Origin: Actinomycetota bacterium
GTDB taxonomy: Bacteria > Actinomycetota > Acidimicrobiia > Spongiisociales > ZC4RG35
DNA: 56,876 nt
Direction of reading: 5' to 3'
Assembly: GCA_034658975.1 (NCBI GenBank)
Contig: JAYEGJ010000130.1
Span: forward strand, 1-56,876
In this document: in pieces, positions 1 to 8,802 of the stretch
How positions within the stretch are numbered: the stretch's first letter is position 1
Layout of the letters: the number at the start of each line of letters is the position of its first letter
Translations under genes and position numbers: made by a program
The notes under the pieces: model-generated
The model's database searches: none
Seen by the model: only the letters and a program-made list of their open reading frames with translations
Told to the model about the DNA's origin: nothing

Positions 1-1
1 T

Positions 2-85
2 CAGCTCCTCAATCTCAGCGGCGAGCCGCTGCTCCCGATTCGACCCACCGTTAAGAGCAAGAAGGCAGGCCAACGCATGGTCTCG
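2..85 (-). pseudogene. Degenerate tyrosine recombinase/integrase fragment running off the window edge
   Basis: Minus strand reads RDHALACLLALNGGSNREQRLAAEIEEL, resembling the box I region of actinobacterial tyrosine recombinases (RDHALACLLALNGLRxSE...ADIEDL), but the catalytic LRxSE segment is scrambled. Lies about 50 bp from the tRNA 3' end. Confidence 0.5.
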
Positions 86-136
86 GGTTGTCCGAAGTGA
101 CTTGGACCCGAACCTTGAGGGAAATCCCTCAGCTAG

Positions 137-209
137 TGGGTCCCGTGGGAATCGAACCCACAACCTTCGGGTTAAAAGCCCGCTGCTCTGCCAATTGAGC
201 TAGGGACCC
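137..209 (-). tRNA. tRNA-Lys (anticodon UUU)
   Basis: Reverse complement GGGTCCC-TAGCTCAATTGGCAGAGCA-GCGGG-CTTTTAA-CCCGA-AGGTT-GTGGGTTCGATTCCCAC-GGGACCC-A gives a cloverleaf with TTT anticodon and GTTCGA T-loop; 73 nt; CCA not encoded (followed by CTA). Confidence 0.97.
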
Positions 210-272
210 GCTCGGAGGGAAGGGTACCGCCGGTCTCGCGGCTCCTCACAGTCCGCGGCATAACCTGTTGAC

Positions 273-2075
273 GTGCCCAGCATCCGTTTCGGTATCTCCC
301 ACCTCCCGCCCCACGACGTCGACCACGCCGTCTATCTCGACGGGTTGGTCGACGACGGGCACACTGCCCTGGAGTTGCCGTTCACCGAGGGATTTCCCTG
401 GAAGGAGAAGCAGTGCAGGGAGTTCGGTGAACAGGCCGCCCAACGTGGGCTGCGTCTCTCGGTTCATGCTCCCTATTTCGCCGGTCTGACCATCCAGGAC
501 GAAGACAAGGGAAAGCAATCGCTGGCAGCGCTCGAGCACACGATGAAGATCGGCAAGTGGCTCGGAGCATCGGTGATCGTCGCCCACTTTGGGAGCAACT
601 ACGGGGAGGACCCCAAGGTGACCATGGCCCGAATCAGAGACCGGCTCGACTCGTTGGCCCCCAAGGTTGAGGGTCTTGGCGTGGGCCTGGGATTGGAGAC
701 CGCGGGTAATAGGCGCTCCTTCGGGACCATCGGTGACATCTCTCAGCTTGCTGCCGAATACTCCTTCGTCCGTCCTGTGATCGACTGGGCTCATGTCCAC
801 GCGATGACCGGCGGCGGCCTCACGTCTGTCGACGCCTTCACGTCGGTGTTCGCCTTCATCAAGGACAGCTTTCCCGGCTGGATGATCCAACCTCTCCAGG
901 TGCAGTTCTCCGATAATGAGTACGGCGAGTCGGGCGAGATCCGCCACGTTCCATACGGAGAAGGAACGCTTCGCGTCGGGCCTCTGGTCGAGGCGGCGCG
1001 GTCGATGGGTGTCTCGATGGTTCTCATCTCTGAGGCGAGGGACATGGAGAGCCATGCTCTCATCTGGAACGAGGTCAGAGACCACCTCGAACCTCGCGAC
1101 GATCAGGGTGGGAAGCCCTTGGCGTCGGCTCCGATCGACTTCCCCTCACCGTTGTTCCTCGAGAAGGAAGGCGACCGTTTCCGACCGCTCGGCCTCGATC
1201 GTCCCTTGACTCTCTCCAACGTCGACAAGCCGTTCTTTCCGGACGGGTTCACCAAAGGCGACCTGATTCAGTACTACGCCTCCGTAGCGCCGGTGCTTCT
1301 GCCTCACCTGGTCGGCCGCCCGCTTTCGATGTCCAGATACCCGGATGGGATCGAAGGGTCGTCGTTCTACGAGAAGCGAGCACCGGGCCATCAGCCCGAT
1401 TGGATGCGCACCACACCTGTCGTCTCCGATTCTCAGGGAGGGGTCATTGAGTTCCTCCTCGCCGACTCGCCGGAGTCGCTGATGTGGTTCGCCAACATGG
1501 GCTGCATCGAGGTGCACCCCTTTCACTCGACCATCGACAGTCCCGACAACCCGTCCTACGCCATCTTCGATTTCGATCCAGCCGAAGGGTCGACCTGGGA
1601 TCAGGTAGTAGCCGGAGCCCGTTTGCTGAAGGTCGCCTTGGGTCAACTCGGGTTGAGCGGATACCCCAAGCTCTCAGGATCCAAGGGTCTCCATGTCTAT
1701 GTGCCCCTTGATCCAGTCCACGACTTCGCCCGTGTCAGGCGTTTCGTCGGTGAGGTCGGTGAATACCTGGCTGCGGCCAACCCCGACGACATCACGATGG
1801 AGTGGGATAAGGCGAGACGTCGAGGGAAGGTGTTCGTCGACCACAACCGCAACGCTTCAGGTCAGACGGTCGCCTCCGTCTATTCGGTCCGCCCGCTGCC
1901 GGGTGCTCCCGTGTCGGCACCACTCAACTGGGACGAGGTGGGGACGGTGGCCAACGGGGACATCACCATCGCCAATCTCTGGGAGCGCCTTCAGCGATTT
2001 GGCGACCGCTTCGCTCCGGCCCTGGGAGGAGGCCAGACACTTGGAGTCGCGGAGGCCGCGTTGGGGATCGGCTGA
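273..2075 (+). CDS. Fusion protein: endonuclease IV/AP-endonuclease-2-like TIM barrel + LigD-type (AEP) primase-polymerase domain
   Basis: N-half: SVHAPY, VAHFG, LETAG, IDWAHVH, GEIRH, ISE metal-ligand pattern. C-half: LSNVDK..FPDGFTKGDLIQYY, RYPDG, FYEK, FDFDP, SGSKGLHVYVPL, VFVDHNRN, YSVRP..GAPVS, the hallmarks of LigD PolDom/Prim-PolC. TAACCT-N6-GTG leaderless start. Confidence 0.9.
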   Translation: MPSIRFGISHLPPHDVDHAVYLDGLVDDGHTALELPFTEGFPWKEKQCREFGEQAAQRGLRLSVHAPYFAGLTIQDEDKGKQSLAALEHTMKIGKWLGASVIVAHFGSNYGEDPKVTMARIRDRLDSLAPKVEGLGVGLGLETAGNRRSFGTIGDISQLAAEYSFVRPVIDWAHVHAMTGGGLTSVDAFTSVFAFIKDSFPGWMIQPLQVQFSDNEYGESGEIRHVPYGEGTLRVGPLVEAARSMGVSMVLISEARDMESHALIWNEVRDHLEPRDDQGGKPLASAPIDFPSPLFLEKEGDRFRPLGLDRPLTLSNVDKPFFPDGFTKGDLIQYYASVAPVLLPHLVGRPLSMSRYPDGIEGSSFYEKRAPGHQPDWMRTTPVVSDSQGGVIEFLLADSPESLMWFANMGCIEVHPFHSTIDSPDNPSYAIFDFDPAEGSTWDQVVAGARLLKVALGQLGLSGYPKLSGSKGLHVYVPLDPVHDFARVRRFVGEVGEYLAAANPDDITMEWDKARRRGKVFVDHNRNASGQTVASVYSVRPLPGAPVSAPLNWDEVGTVANGDITIANLWERLQRFGDRFAPALGGGQTLGVAEAALGIG

Positions 2076-2195
2076 GCCCGGCTCTCACTCTCGAGGCGGT
2101 TAGTCCCATATATGGGTCAGGGAACCTCAGGTCGTATTACCCGTCCCGCGAAATCCTGTAACCCGGTGGTAACACACCGCCGGTAGGGTTGGGGT

Positions 2196-3272
2196 ATGGA
2201 CCTCTACGCCCGAATCAACATCCTGGGCGGTCTCTCGGTGCGGTTGCCCCGTGGTGGGCTGGACGAGGCGATAGCTCTCGACAACGACCCGGTCGGACGC
2301 GCCAAAGGCTGGGCCAAGCAGGGAGTCGACTATCTGCACATCGTCGACCTCGACGCCGCCGCCTATCGCGACTACCGCAACCGAGACCTGATCGCCCGGC
2401 TCGTTGACGAGTTGAGGATCCCCGTGCAGGTCGCCGGTGGGATCCGCTCCGAAGGTGAAGCCGAGAAACTCATCGAAGCCGGTGCCTGGCGGATAGTGAT
2501 GGGCACGGCGGCCATTGAGAATCAGCTCATGGTCTGGGACCTCTGTAGGCAGTACCCGGAGAAGATTGTTGTCTCCCTCGATGTCCGTCCGGACGAGGAG
2601 ATCGCCACCCAGGGATGGACCCAGAACAGTGGCCGGTTCCTCGAAGAGGTCCTCATCGAGATGTCGTCGGCGGGGGCTGTCGCCTTCATGGTCTCGGAGG
2701 CCGGTCGTAACGCTCTCACCGACCCACCCAATCTTCAGATCCTGGCCGAGTCGCTGGCGACGGTCGAGGAGCCGGTCATCGCCTCTGGCGGTGTCCGCGA
2801 CCTCGAGGATCTGCGCAGGCTGGTGCAGCTAGAAGTATCGGGACGGAGACTGGGTGGGCTGATCGTTGGCCGTGAGGTCACCGCAGGACGGTTCACCATC
2901 GAAGAGGCCAAAGAGGTTCTCGCAGGTGGCGGGCCGATGCGCGCTCCCGGAGGGATCACCTCGACCCGGACATCGGTTGGTGTCTATTCACTGGCGACGG
3001 CCCTCGACTTCTACCGCGACGTGCTTGGTTTCGACCAGGTCCGGTCACCTTCCCAGGGCGTGGTTGCTGCCGTCGTTCAGGCGGCGCCCGGTCAGCAGGT
3101 CGAGCTTGTCGAGGGCGGCGAAGCCCGTCCCGATGCTCTCGTGTTCGAGGTCGACGATCTGGAGAGGTGGAAGGACCACCTCGGCAACGCAGGCGTGAAT
3201 TCGACGGCCACCTCGGGTGGTCTCGAGATAAGAGACCCCGACGGCCTGGTTATTCGTCTCGAATCCGACTGA
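2196..3272 (+). CDS. HisA/PriA-family TIM barrel (catalytic Asp residues replaced) fused to a C-terminal VOC/glyoxalase domain
   Basis: LHIVDLDAA, QVAGGIRS, VMGTAA, VSLD, GW, IASGGVRD HisA motifs; C-terminal FYRDVLGF...FEVDDL...RDPDG VOC motifs. TAGGGT-N6-ATG. Confidence 0.85.
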   Translation: MDLYARINILGGLSVRLPRGGLDEAIALDNDPVGRAKGWAKQGVDYLHIVDLDAAAYRDYRNRDLIARLVDELRIPVQVAGGIRSEGEAEKLIEAGAWRIVMGTAAIENQLMVWDLCRQYPEKIVVSLDVRPDEEIATQGWTQNSGRFLEEVLIEMSSAGAVAFMVSEAGRNALTDPPNLQILAESLATVEEPVIASGGVRDLEDLRRLVQLEVSGRRLGGLIVGREVTAGRFTIEEAKEVLAGGGPMRAPGGITSTRTSVGVYSLATALDFYRDVLGFDQVRSPSQGVVAAVVQAAPGQQVELVEGGEARPDALVFEVDDLERWKDHLGNAGVNSTATSGGLEIRDPDGLVIRLESD

Positions 3273-3277
3273 GACGG

Positions 3278-4837
3278 CTAGCGGATCAGGGTGCGGGACT
3301 GTTCCCTGAGGTACTGACGCAGATACCACGGTCCGCCGCCTCCAGCTCCCGAGGTGCCCGACCCCTTCCAGCCACCGAATGACTGGATGTTGGGCCAAGC
3401 TCCCGTAGTTGCCCCGGCCGCGCGGTTCACGTAGGTGACGCCGGCCTGGATTCCGTTGAACCATGTCTCGATCTCGGACTCGTCGGTTGAGAAGAGACCC
3501 GCGGTGAGGCCAAACTCGGTGTCATTGGAGAGAGCGAGCCCCTCTGCCAGGCTGTTGATCTTGCCAACAGCGAGGAGCGGCATGAAAAGCTCCTCTTCCC
3601 AGATCCACGAGTCGAAGGGAACGCTGACGATGGTCGGCTCCACGAAGTGGCCTCGGGAGAAGTCTCCGTCGTCGACGACGTGTCCACCAACGAGAATCTT
3701 GCCGCCCTTGGCTTCGACCTCGTCGATCGCCTTCCTGAACCGGTCGACAACGCCTGACTCGATGAGAGGTCCCATGAACATTTCCCGGTCGTCGGGGTAG
3801 CCGATCTTCAGGTTCTTGGTGGCTGCGACGAGTTTCGCCACCAGATCGTCGTAGATCGCCGAGTCGGCGTAGACACGAGAGGTGGCGCTGCACTTCTGTC
3901 CGCTCAGCCCGAAGGCTCCGCGGATGATTCCCTGAGTTGCCACGTCGAGATCGGCCGACTTGGTGACGATGGCTGGGTTCTTCCCGCCCATCTCGCACGA
4001 AACAGGTTTCGGTCGGGTGTCGCTGGCGGTGCGGAGGAGGTGCATCCCGACCGGGTATGACCCGGTGAAAGTAATGCCGTCGACGCCATCGTGGTGGGTG
4101 AGATACTCGCCCATCTCGGAACCACGGCCGGTGAGGACATGAAGGGCACCGTCGGGGAGTCCGGCCTCCTTCATGACCCGGTAGAACTCATGAGTCATGA
4201 GTGCCCCGGTGTTGGAGGGCTTGATGATCACTGTGTTGCCCGCGAGCAGCGCGCCAATGCTCGGTCCGCCGGCGAGAGCCATCGGGAAATTGAAGGGAGC
4301 GACGACCACCCAGACGCCGTAGGGACGCAAAACCGACGTGTTCGTCTCCTCCGGTCCGAGAGAGCTCAACGGAATGACGAATCCGCTGTGCTCGGTGATC
4401 TGGTTTGCGTAGTAGCGGAAGAACTCGACCGTCTCGGCGACATCGCCCAGCGACTCCAGCCGATTCTTGCCTACTTCGTAGGACATGAGAGCGGCGATCT
4501 CGAAGACTTGAGACTCCATGATGTCGGCGGCCCGCAGCATGAGATCGCGCCGCGCCTCCCAACCCCAGGCCTCCCACTCGGGAGCGAAGGCCTCGGCTGC
4601 CGTCACCGCGTCGTCGACATCGGCGTTTGTCCCCTGTGCGTAGCGCCCGACAACGATGTCGCTGTCCATCGGTGAAAGCTCGTCGAAAATCTCGCGATCC
4701 GTTCGCGACTCCCCATTGACGATGACACCGTGGATTTCCCCGAGCCGGGACTGCACGTCGTGGAGGGCCTTCTCAAACGAAGTGTTCAGCTCCTCGTTGT
4801 CCGCTGACATAGTGGCGTAAGTGATTTTCAGGGCCAT
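3278..4837 (-). CDS. Aldehyde dehydrogenase, probably 1-pyrroline-5-carboxylate dehydrogenase-like
   Basis: PFNFP, FTGS, EMGGKN, GQKCSATSR, EELFMP, FGLTAG, FGGWKGSG motifs. Confidence 0.85.
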   Translation of the reverse strand: MALKITYATMSADNEELNTSFEKALHDVQSRLGEIHGVIVNGESRTDREIFDELSPMDSDIVVGRYAQGTNADVDDAVTAAEAFAPEWEAWGWEARRDLMLRAADIMESQVFEIAALMSYEVGKNRLESLGDVAETVEFFRYYANQITEHSGFVIPLSSLGPEETNTSVLRPYGVWVVVAPFNFPMALAGGPSIGALLAGNTVIIKPSNTGALMTHEFYRVMKEAGLPDGALHVLTGRGSEMGEYLTHHDGVDGITFTGSYPVGMHLLRTASDTRPKPVSCEMGGKNPAIVTKSADLDVATQGIIRGAFGLSGQKCSATSRVYADSAIYDDLVAKLVAATKNLKIGYPDDREMFMGPLIESGVVDRFRKAIDEVEAKGGKILVGGHVVDDGDFSRGHFVEPTIVSVPFDSWIWEEELFMPLLAVGKINSLAEGLALSNDTEFGLTAGLFSTDESEIETWFNGIQAGVTYVNRAAGATTGAWPNIQSFGGWKGSGTSGAGGGGPWYLRQYLREQSRTLIR

Positions 4838-4996
4838 TGGTGTTCCTTCCAGAACTCAAGAATCGATGCTTCCGACGTTAACTGAATCCGTGTGGTGGTT
4901 GACCGGAGCGGGCCGGATGGATAGGGCTCGGGACCCATTGCCAGAATGGGTCTAGCGACCGGTATGGGCTGGTGCTTTTGTGCCGATGGATAGTCC

Positions 4997-6679
4997 ATGG
5001 CGACAAGACTTGCCGACACGCTTCTGGCGGCAGACGCTGACATGGACCGCATCCATCGACGAGTAGTCCGGGTCGGCGCGGCCGCTGCCTGGTCGGCCGC
5101 AGCGCTCTTCATGGTGTTGGGATTCCTCAGTGGAGAGAGTGCGATGTTCGTCGAGGCTGTTGGTCCGGTCATTGCCGCCAGCTTCATGACCACCCAGATC
5201 CTTCTCAAGCGCGAGAACGGTGGCATGGCTCTCTTCTCGGCGGCCCTGATCACACTGGTCATGTACGCTGTCGTCGGCAACGAGGCCACCCTCGTCCCGG
5301 CCGCTGTGGCCCTTGTCCTCATTTGTTCTATCGGGATGCTTCTGATCGACTCTCATCAGATCGCAACAGTCGGGAGCATCGCTCTCGTGTTGGTCATCTC
5401 GCCTCTTCTCTGGGGTCTGCCCGTCACCGATGCCCTCACACTTGGTGCGGTCATGGCCCTCGGGTTCATCATGGCCTCGGCGATCTTCTTCACCGTTCGC
5501 AACGCCGCTGCTGCCCTCAATGTTCGGTTCCAAACCCTTTTCGAGAGCTCTCCGACCGCGGTGATGGAGGAGGATTGGTCCGAGGCCCTCGCCTATGTCC
5601 GGTCGGAGTACACGGGTCGTCCCGATCGGATTCGCCCCTTCCTCATGGCCTATCCAGCCGTCGTCGCCCGAGCAGTGGGCAAGGCGAAGATCACGCGGGC
5701 CAATCAAGCGGCCATCGACCTGCTCGAGGCCTCGGATGCGGAACATCTTCTCGGTTATCGCGATCCCGAGTCGGTCACAGATGAGACCGTCGGGGCCTTC
5801 GCTCTGGCTCTCGCCACGCTCTATGAAGGTGGGAAGTCCTACGAACAAGAGGTCTTTGCCCTGACCATGGAAGGTCGCCCGATCTGGCTGCAAACACGCT
5901 GCGTGGACACCTCATCGAATCAGCCCGCCACGACGATTCTCGTAGGGCTTGCCGATGTCACCCACATGCAGGCTCGTCAGGACGCAATGGCCGAACTGGT
6001 CCGGGCGAAAGACGAGTTCATCGCCAAGGTGAGCCACGAGCTGAGGACGCCACTCACTGCTGTCGTCGGACTCACCTCCGAAATGGCCGCCATGGATCTG
6101 AGCGAAGAGGAGCAGGCCGAGCTGATGCTGCTCGTGTGTGGCCAGGCATCTGAGATGTCCTACATCGTCGATGATCTCCTCGTGGCGGCGCGGGCCGAGA
6201 TGGAGACCATGGCTCTCGATACGGCAGTCGTGGACATGGGCGTCGAGCTCCGAAAGACGATCGATGGGCTCGGGATCACGGTCCAGGGTGTCGCAGACCC
6301 GATTCCGGCCGTGGTCGCCGACGCCAGCCGGGTCCGTCAGATTCTTCGCAACTTGCTGACCAATGCCGATCGATACGGCGGACCGAATCGTCGCATCACG
6401 GCTGGGGCAGCGCTGGACCGGGCCTGGCTCGAAGTCCGGGACGACGGAGAGGGAGTCGACCCCTCAGCGGCAGAGGTGATCTTCGAGCCCTATTCGACGG
6501 CCCACTCCGGTGTCACCGGTTCAGTTGGCCTCGGTCTCTCGGTCGCCCGCCAACTCGCGGAGCTGATGGGTGGAAGTCTCACCTATCACCGTGATCCCGA
6601 CGAGACCGTGTTCCGACTCGAACTCCCCATCGCCGGTGCCTCAAACAGGGCCCAGGCTTCCGTCACGGCCTCCGTTTAG
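4997..6679 (+). CDS. Membrane sensor histidine kinase (TM helices, PAS-like region, HisKA, HATPase)
   Basis: About 5-6 N-terminal TM segments; H-box SHELRTPL, N-box NLLTNA, DDGEG, IFEPY, GLGL. Confidence 0.9.
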   Translation: MATRLADTLLAADADMDRIHRRVVRVGAAAAWSAAALFMVLGFLSGESAMFVEAVGPVIAASFMTTQILLKRENGGMALFSAALITLVMYAVVGNEATLVPAAVALVLICSIGMLLIDSHQIATVGSIALVLVISPLLWGLPVTDALTLGAVMALGFIMASAIFFTVRNAAAALNVRFQTLFESSPTAVMEEDWSEALAYVRSEYTGRPDRIRPFLMAYPAVVARAVGKAKITRANQAAIDLLEASDAEHLLGYRDPESVTDETVGAFALALATLYEGGKSYEQEVFALTMEGRPIWLQTRCVDTSSNQPATTILVGLADVTHMQARQDAMAELVRAKDEFIAKVSHELRTPLTAVVGLTSEMAAMDLSEEEQAELMLLVCGQASEMSYIVDDLLVAARAEMETMALDTAVVDMGVELRKTIDGLGITVQGVADPIPAVVADASRVRQILRNLLTNADRYGGPNRRITAGAALDRAWLEVRDDGEGVDPSAAEVIFEPYSTAHSGVTGSVGLGLSVARQLAELMGGSLTYHRDPDETVFRLELPIAGASNRAQASVTASV

Positions 6680-6729
6680 CTAGTTTCTGGCGTAGCTATT
6701 TGGGCGGCGGGCCACTAGTTTCTGGCGTA
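6680..6729. repeat. 15-bp direct repeat CTAGTTTCTGGCGTA (6680-6694 and 6715-6729)
   Basis: Two exact copies 35 bp apart immediately before the plsY ATG. Confidence 0.8.
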
Positions 6730-7398
6730 ATGGCAGGCATCTCGAATCCGATTCTCTACTGGCCGTTGCTGCTGGTCGGGGCATATTTGCTGGGCTCGGT
6801 CCCCTTTGCCCAGGTGATAGCGAAGGCCAAGGGTGTTGACCTGCGGGAGGTCGGCACAAGGAATGTCGGCGCCGGAAACCTCACTCGAGAGGTTGGTGCC
6901 GTCTGGGGAACTATCGCCGCCATCCTCGATGGCCTCAAGGGGCTCCTCCCGGTCTGGCTGGCGCGAAAGGCCGGACTCGGGCTGGGCGCCGCAGGCATCG
7001 CGGGTCTCGCAGCGGTGGTCGGGCACAATTGGTCTATCTGGCTTCGCAGCAGGTCTGGACGCGGCATGGCGCCCTCGGTTGGGCTGATACTTGCGCTCGA
7101 TCCGGTCCTCTTGGTCTGGGCGGGAGGATGGGCGGTGGCGGGTTGGAAGATTGGCGGCGGTCTCGGTGGATTCCTCGGTTGGGGCCTCATGCCCATCGTT
7201 GCGGTGGCCCTGGGGAGACCGGCGACCGAGACGCTGTTTCTCGCACTCCTCTCAATCGTGCTCATCGGACGCCGCATGCAGGGGAATGTCGATGACATCC
7301 GGGGTTCTGACCACGCCTTTCGTCGTGCGCTCTATGACGTGGATGAAGAGGTCCCTGGCGAGTTGCCCGGGAGTGCCGAGGACCCGCTGGCTCCGTGA
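6730..7398 (+). CDS. plsY: Glycerol-3-phosphate acyltransferase PlsY family
   Basis: YLLGSVPF, DLR..GTRNVGAGN, DGLKG, GHNWS..GRG motifs; hydrophobic; ATG 6730 follows TAGTTT-N8. Confidence 0.8.
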   Translation: MAGISNPILYWPLLLVGAYLLGSVPFAQVIAKAKGVDLREVGTRNVGAGNLTREVGAVWGTIAAILDGLKGLLPVWLARKAGLGLGAAGIAGLAAVVGHNWSIWLRSRSGRGMAPSVGLILALDPVLLVWAGGWAVAGWKIGGGLGGFLGWGLMPIVAVALGRPATETLFLALLSIVLIGRRMQGNVDDIRGSDHAFRRALYDVDEEVPGELPGSAEDPLAP

Positions 7399-8333
7399 AT
7401 GCAAAGCGAGTCCTCTGGATAGCCGGGATATCGGCGGTCATCTACATCGGGGTCGCCTACTGGGTGCTCAACAACTTCGAGATCCCGAAGTTGAGCGGTT
7501 CGGCATTGGCCATCGTGATTGGCGCCGCCATCGCCCAGATTGGAGCCAAATGGTTCTTCGGCCTCCTCTTCCGTGAGTCGATCGAGCAGACCGGCGCCCA
7601 TGTCCGTCCTTGGACTGCGTTCAAGGCAGCCCTGGTTGGTGCCGGGATCGCCCGCATGATCCCCGCTGGGGGAGCGATCACTCCGGTCGGAATGTCCTGG
7701 ACGGTCCGGGACGAGACGAAGGGCTCCACTGCCGGCGCGGCCATTCGGACAGTGCTGCTGAACTACGCCGGTCTTCTGATCATGACCGGGATGGGTCTCC
7801 TCATCGCCCGGCCCAAGGACGGCGCACAGTTGGCTTCGATCAGCCTGATCGTCCTTGCTCCCTTCGTTCTTGTCGCCGGTCTCGGTCTCATGTTCGGCTC
7901 GGGGAAACTGGGGACGATCACCAAGTATCTGCCGAGGTTCATCAGGGAGAAACTCGAGGACACAACGGTTGACCATCTCCCCAAGCTCGAATCGCAGGTC
8001 TACATCTGGGCCCGGTTGATTCTCGAGGCCGGTGCCCTCTGGCTCGTCCTGTTTGCCTTCGGTATCGACGTCGGCGGCTTCCAAGTGGCAGCAGCCTTTG
8101 GCGTTGCGTCTCTCGCCGGTGGGTTGCCCGGCACCCCGGGTGGCCTGGGAGTCACCGAGTTCGGCCTGGCATTCATCCTTTCCGCCTACGGAATTCCCGC
8201 CTCGACCGCGGCAGTGCCCATCCTGGTTTTCAGGTTGGTCTCCTACTGGTTGCCGGCCGCCCTCGGTTTCCTGGCCGGGGGCTCGACGTTCCTTCACTCG
8301 GACGCAGCGAGGGCAGTCGAGTCCCGATCCTGA
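7395..8333 (+). CDS. Lysylphosphatidylglycerol synthase TM domain / flippase-like (UPF0104) membrane protein
   Basis: PGTPGGLGVTE and FRLVSYWLP motifs; multi-TM; GTGA overlap with plsY. Confidence 0.85.
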   Translation: MNAKRVLWIAGISAVIYIGVAYWVLNNFEIPKLSGSALAIVIGAAIAQIGAKWFFGLLFRESIEQTGAHVRPWTAFKAALVGAGIARMIPAGGAITPVGMSWTVRDETKGSTAGAAIRTVLLNYAGLLIMTGMGLLIARPKDGAQLASISLIVLAPFVLVAGLGLMFGSGKLGTITKYLPRFIREKLEDTTVDHLPKLESQVYIWARLILEAGALWLVLFAFGIDVGGFQVAAAFGVASLAGGLPGTPGGLGVTEFGLAFILSAYGIPASTAAVPILVFRLVSYWLPAALGFLAGGSTFLHSDAARAVESRS

Positions 8334-8355
8334 GACGTCCATTACGCTTGATCGT

Positions 8356-8802
8356 ATGACAGACAAGGTCACATTCACCCTGGCCAACCAGGACGGCGAG
8401 ACGGTTTCCGATTCGGACTTCGAGGGCAGGAAGTATGTGATGTTCTTCTACCCACGCGCCATGACGCCGGGCTGCACCGTGGAGTCGTGCGACTTTCGGG
8501 ATAACTACGACGCGTTCGCCAAGGCCGGGTACTCCATTGTTGGGGTCAGCCCCGACGAACCCGCATCGAACAAGAAGTTCAAGGACAAGGAGAACCTCAA
8601 TTTCGACCTGCTCTCGGACGAGGATCACTCGCTGGCCGGGAGCCTGGGCGCCTGGGGGGAGAAGAAGAACTACGGCAAGGTCTTCACGGGCATTATCCGG
8701 TCAACCTTCGTCATCGACGAGAACGGCTCGGTCGTCGAGGCCTACCGCAACGTGCGCGCCAAGGGCCACGTGGAACGAGTCAAGGCTGATCTGCTGTCTT
8801 AG
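8356..8802 (+). CDS. bcp: Peroxiredoxin BCP/PrxQ
   Basis: FYPRAMTPGCTVESC (PxxxTxxC...C), GVSPD, LLSDED, RSTFVID; ATG after TACGCT-N7. Confidence 0.92.
   Translation: MTDKVTFTLANQDGETVSDSDFEGRKYVMFFYPRAMTPGCTVESCDFRDNYDAFAKAGYSIVGVSPDEPASNKKFKDKENLNFDLLSDEDHSLAGSLGAWGEKKNYGKVFTGIIRSTFVIDENGSVVEAYRNVRAKGHVERVKADLLS

Noticed and set aside
273-2075. Classical NHEJ ligD call
   Set aside because: No ligase or phosphoesterase domain and no Ku in the window; only the polymerase domain matches.
2196-3272. Gene symbol hisA/priA
   Set aside because: Both catalytic aspartates are Asn, an extra VOC domain is present, and there is no his-operon context.
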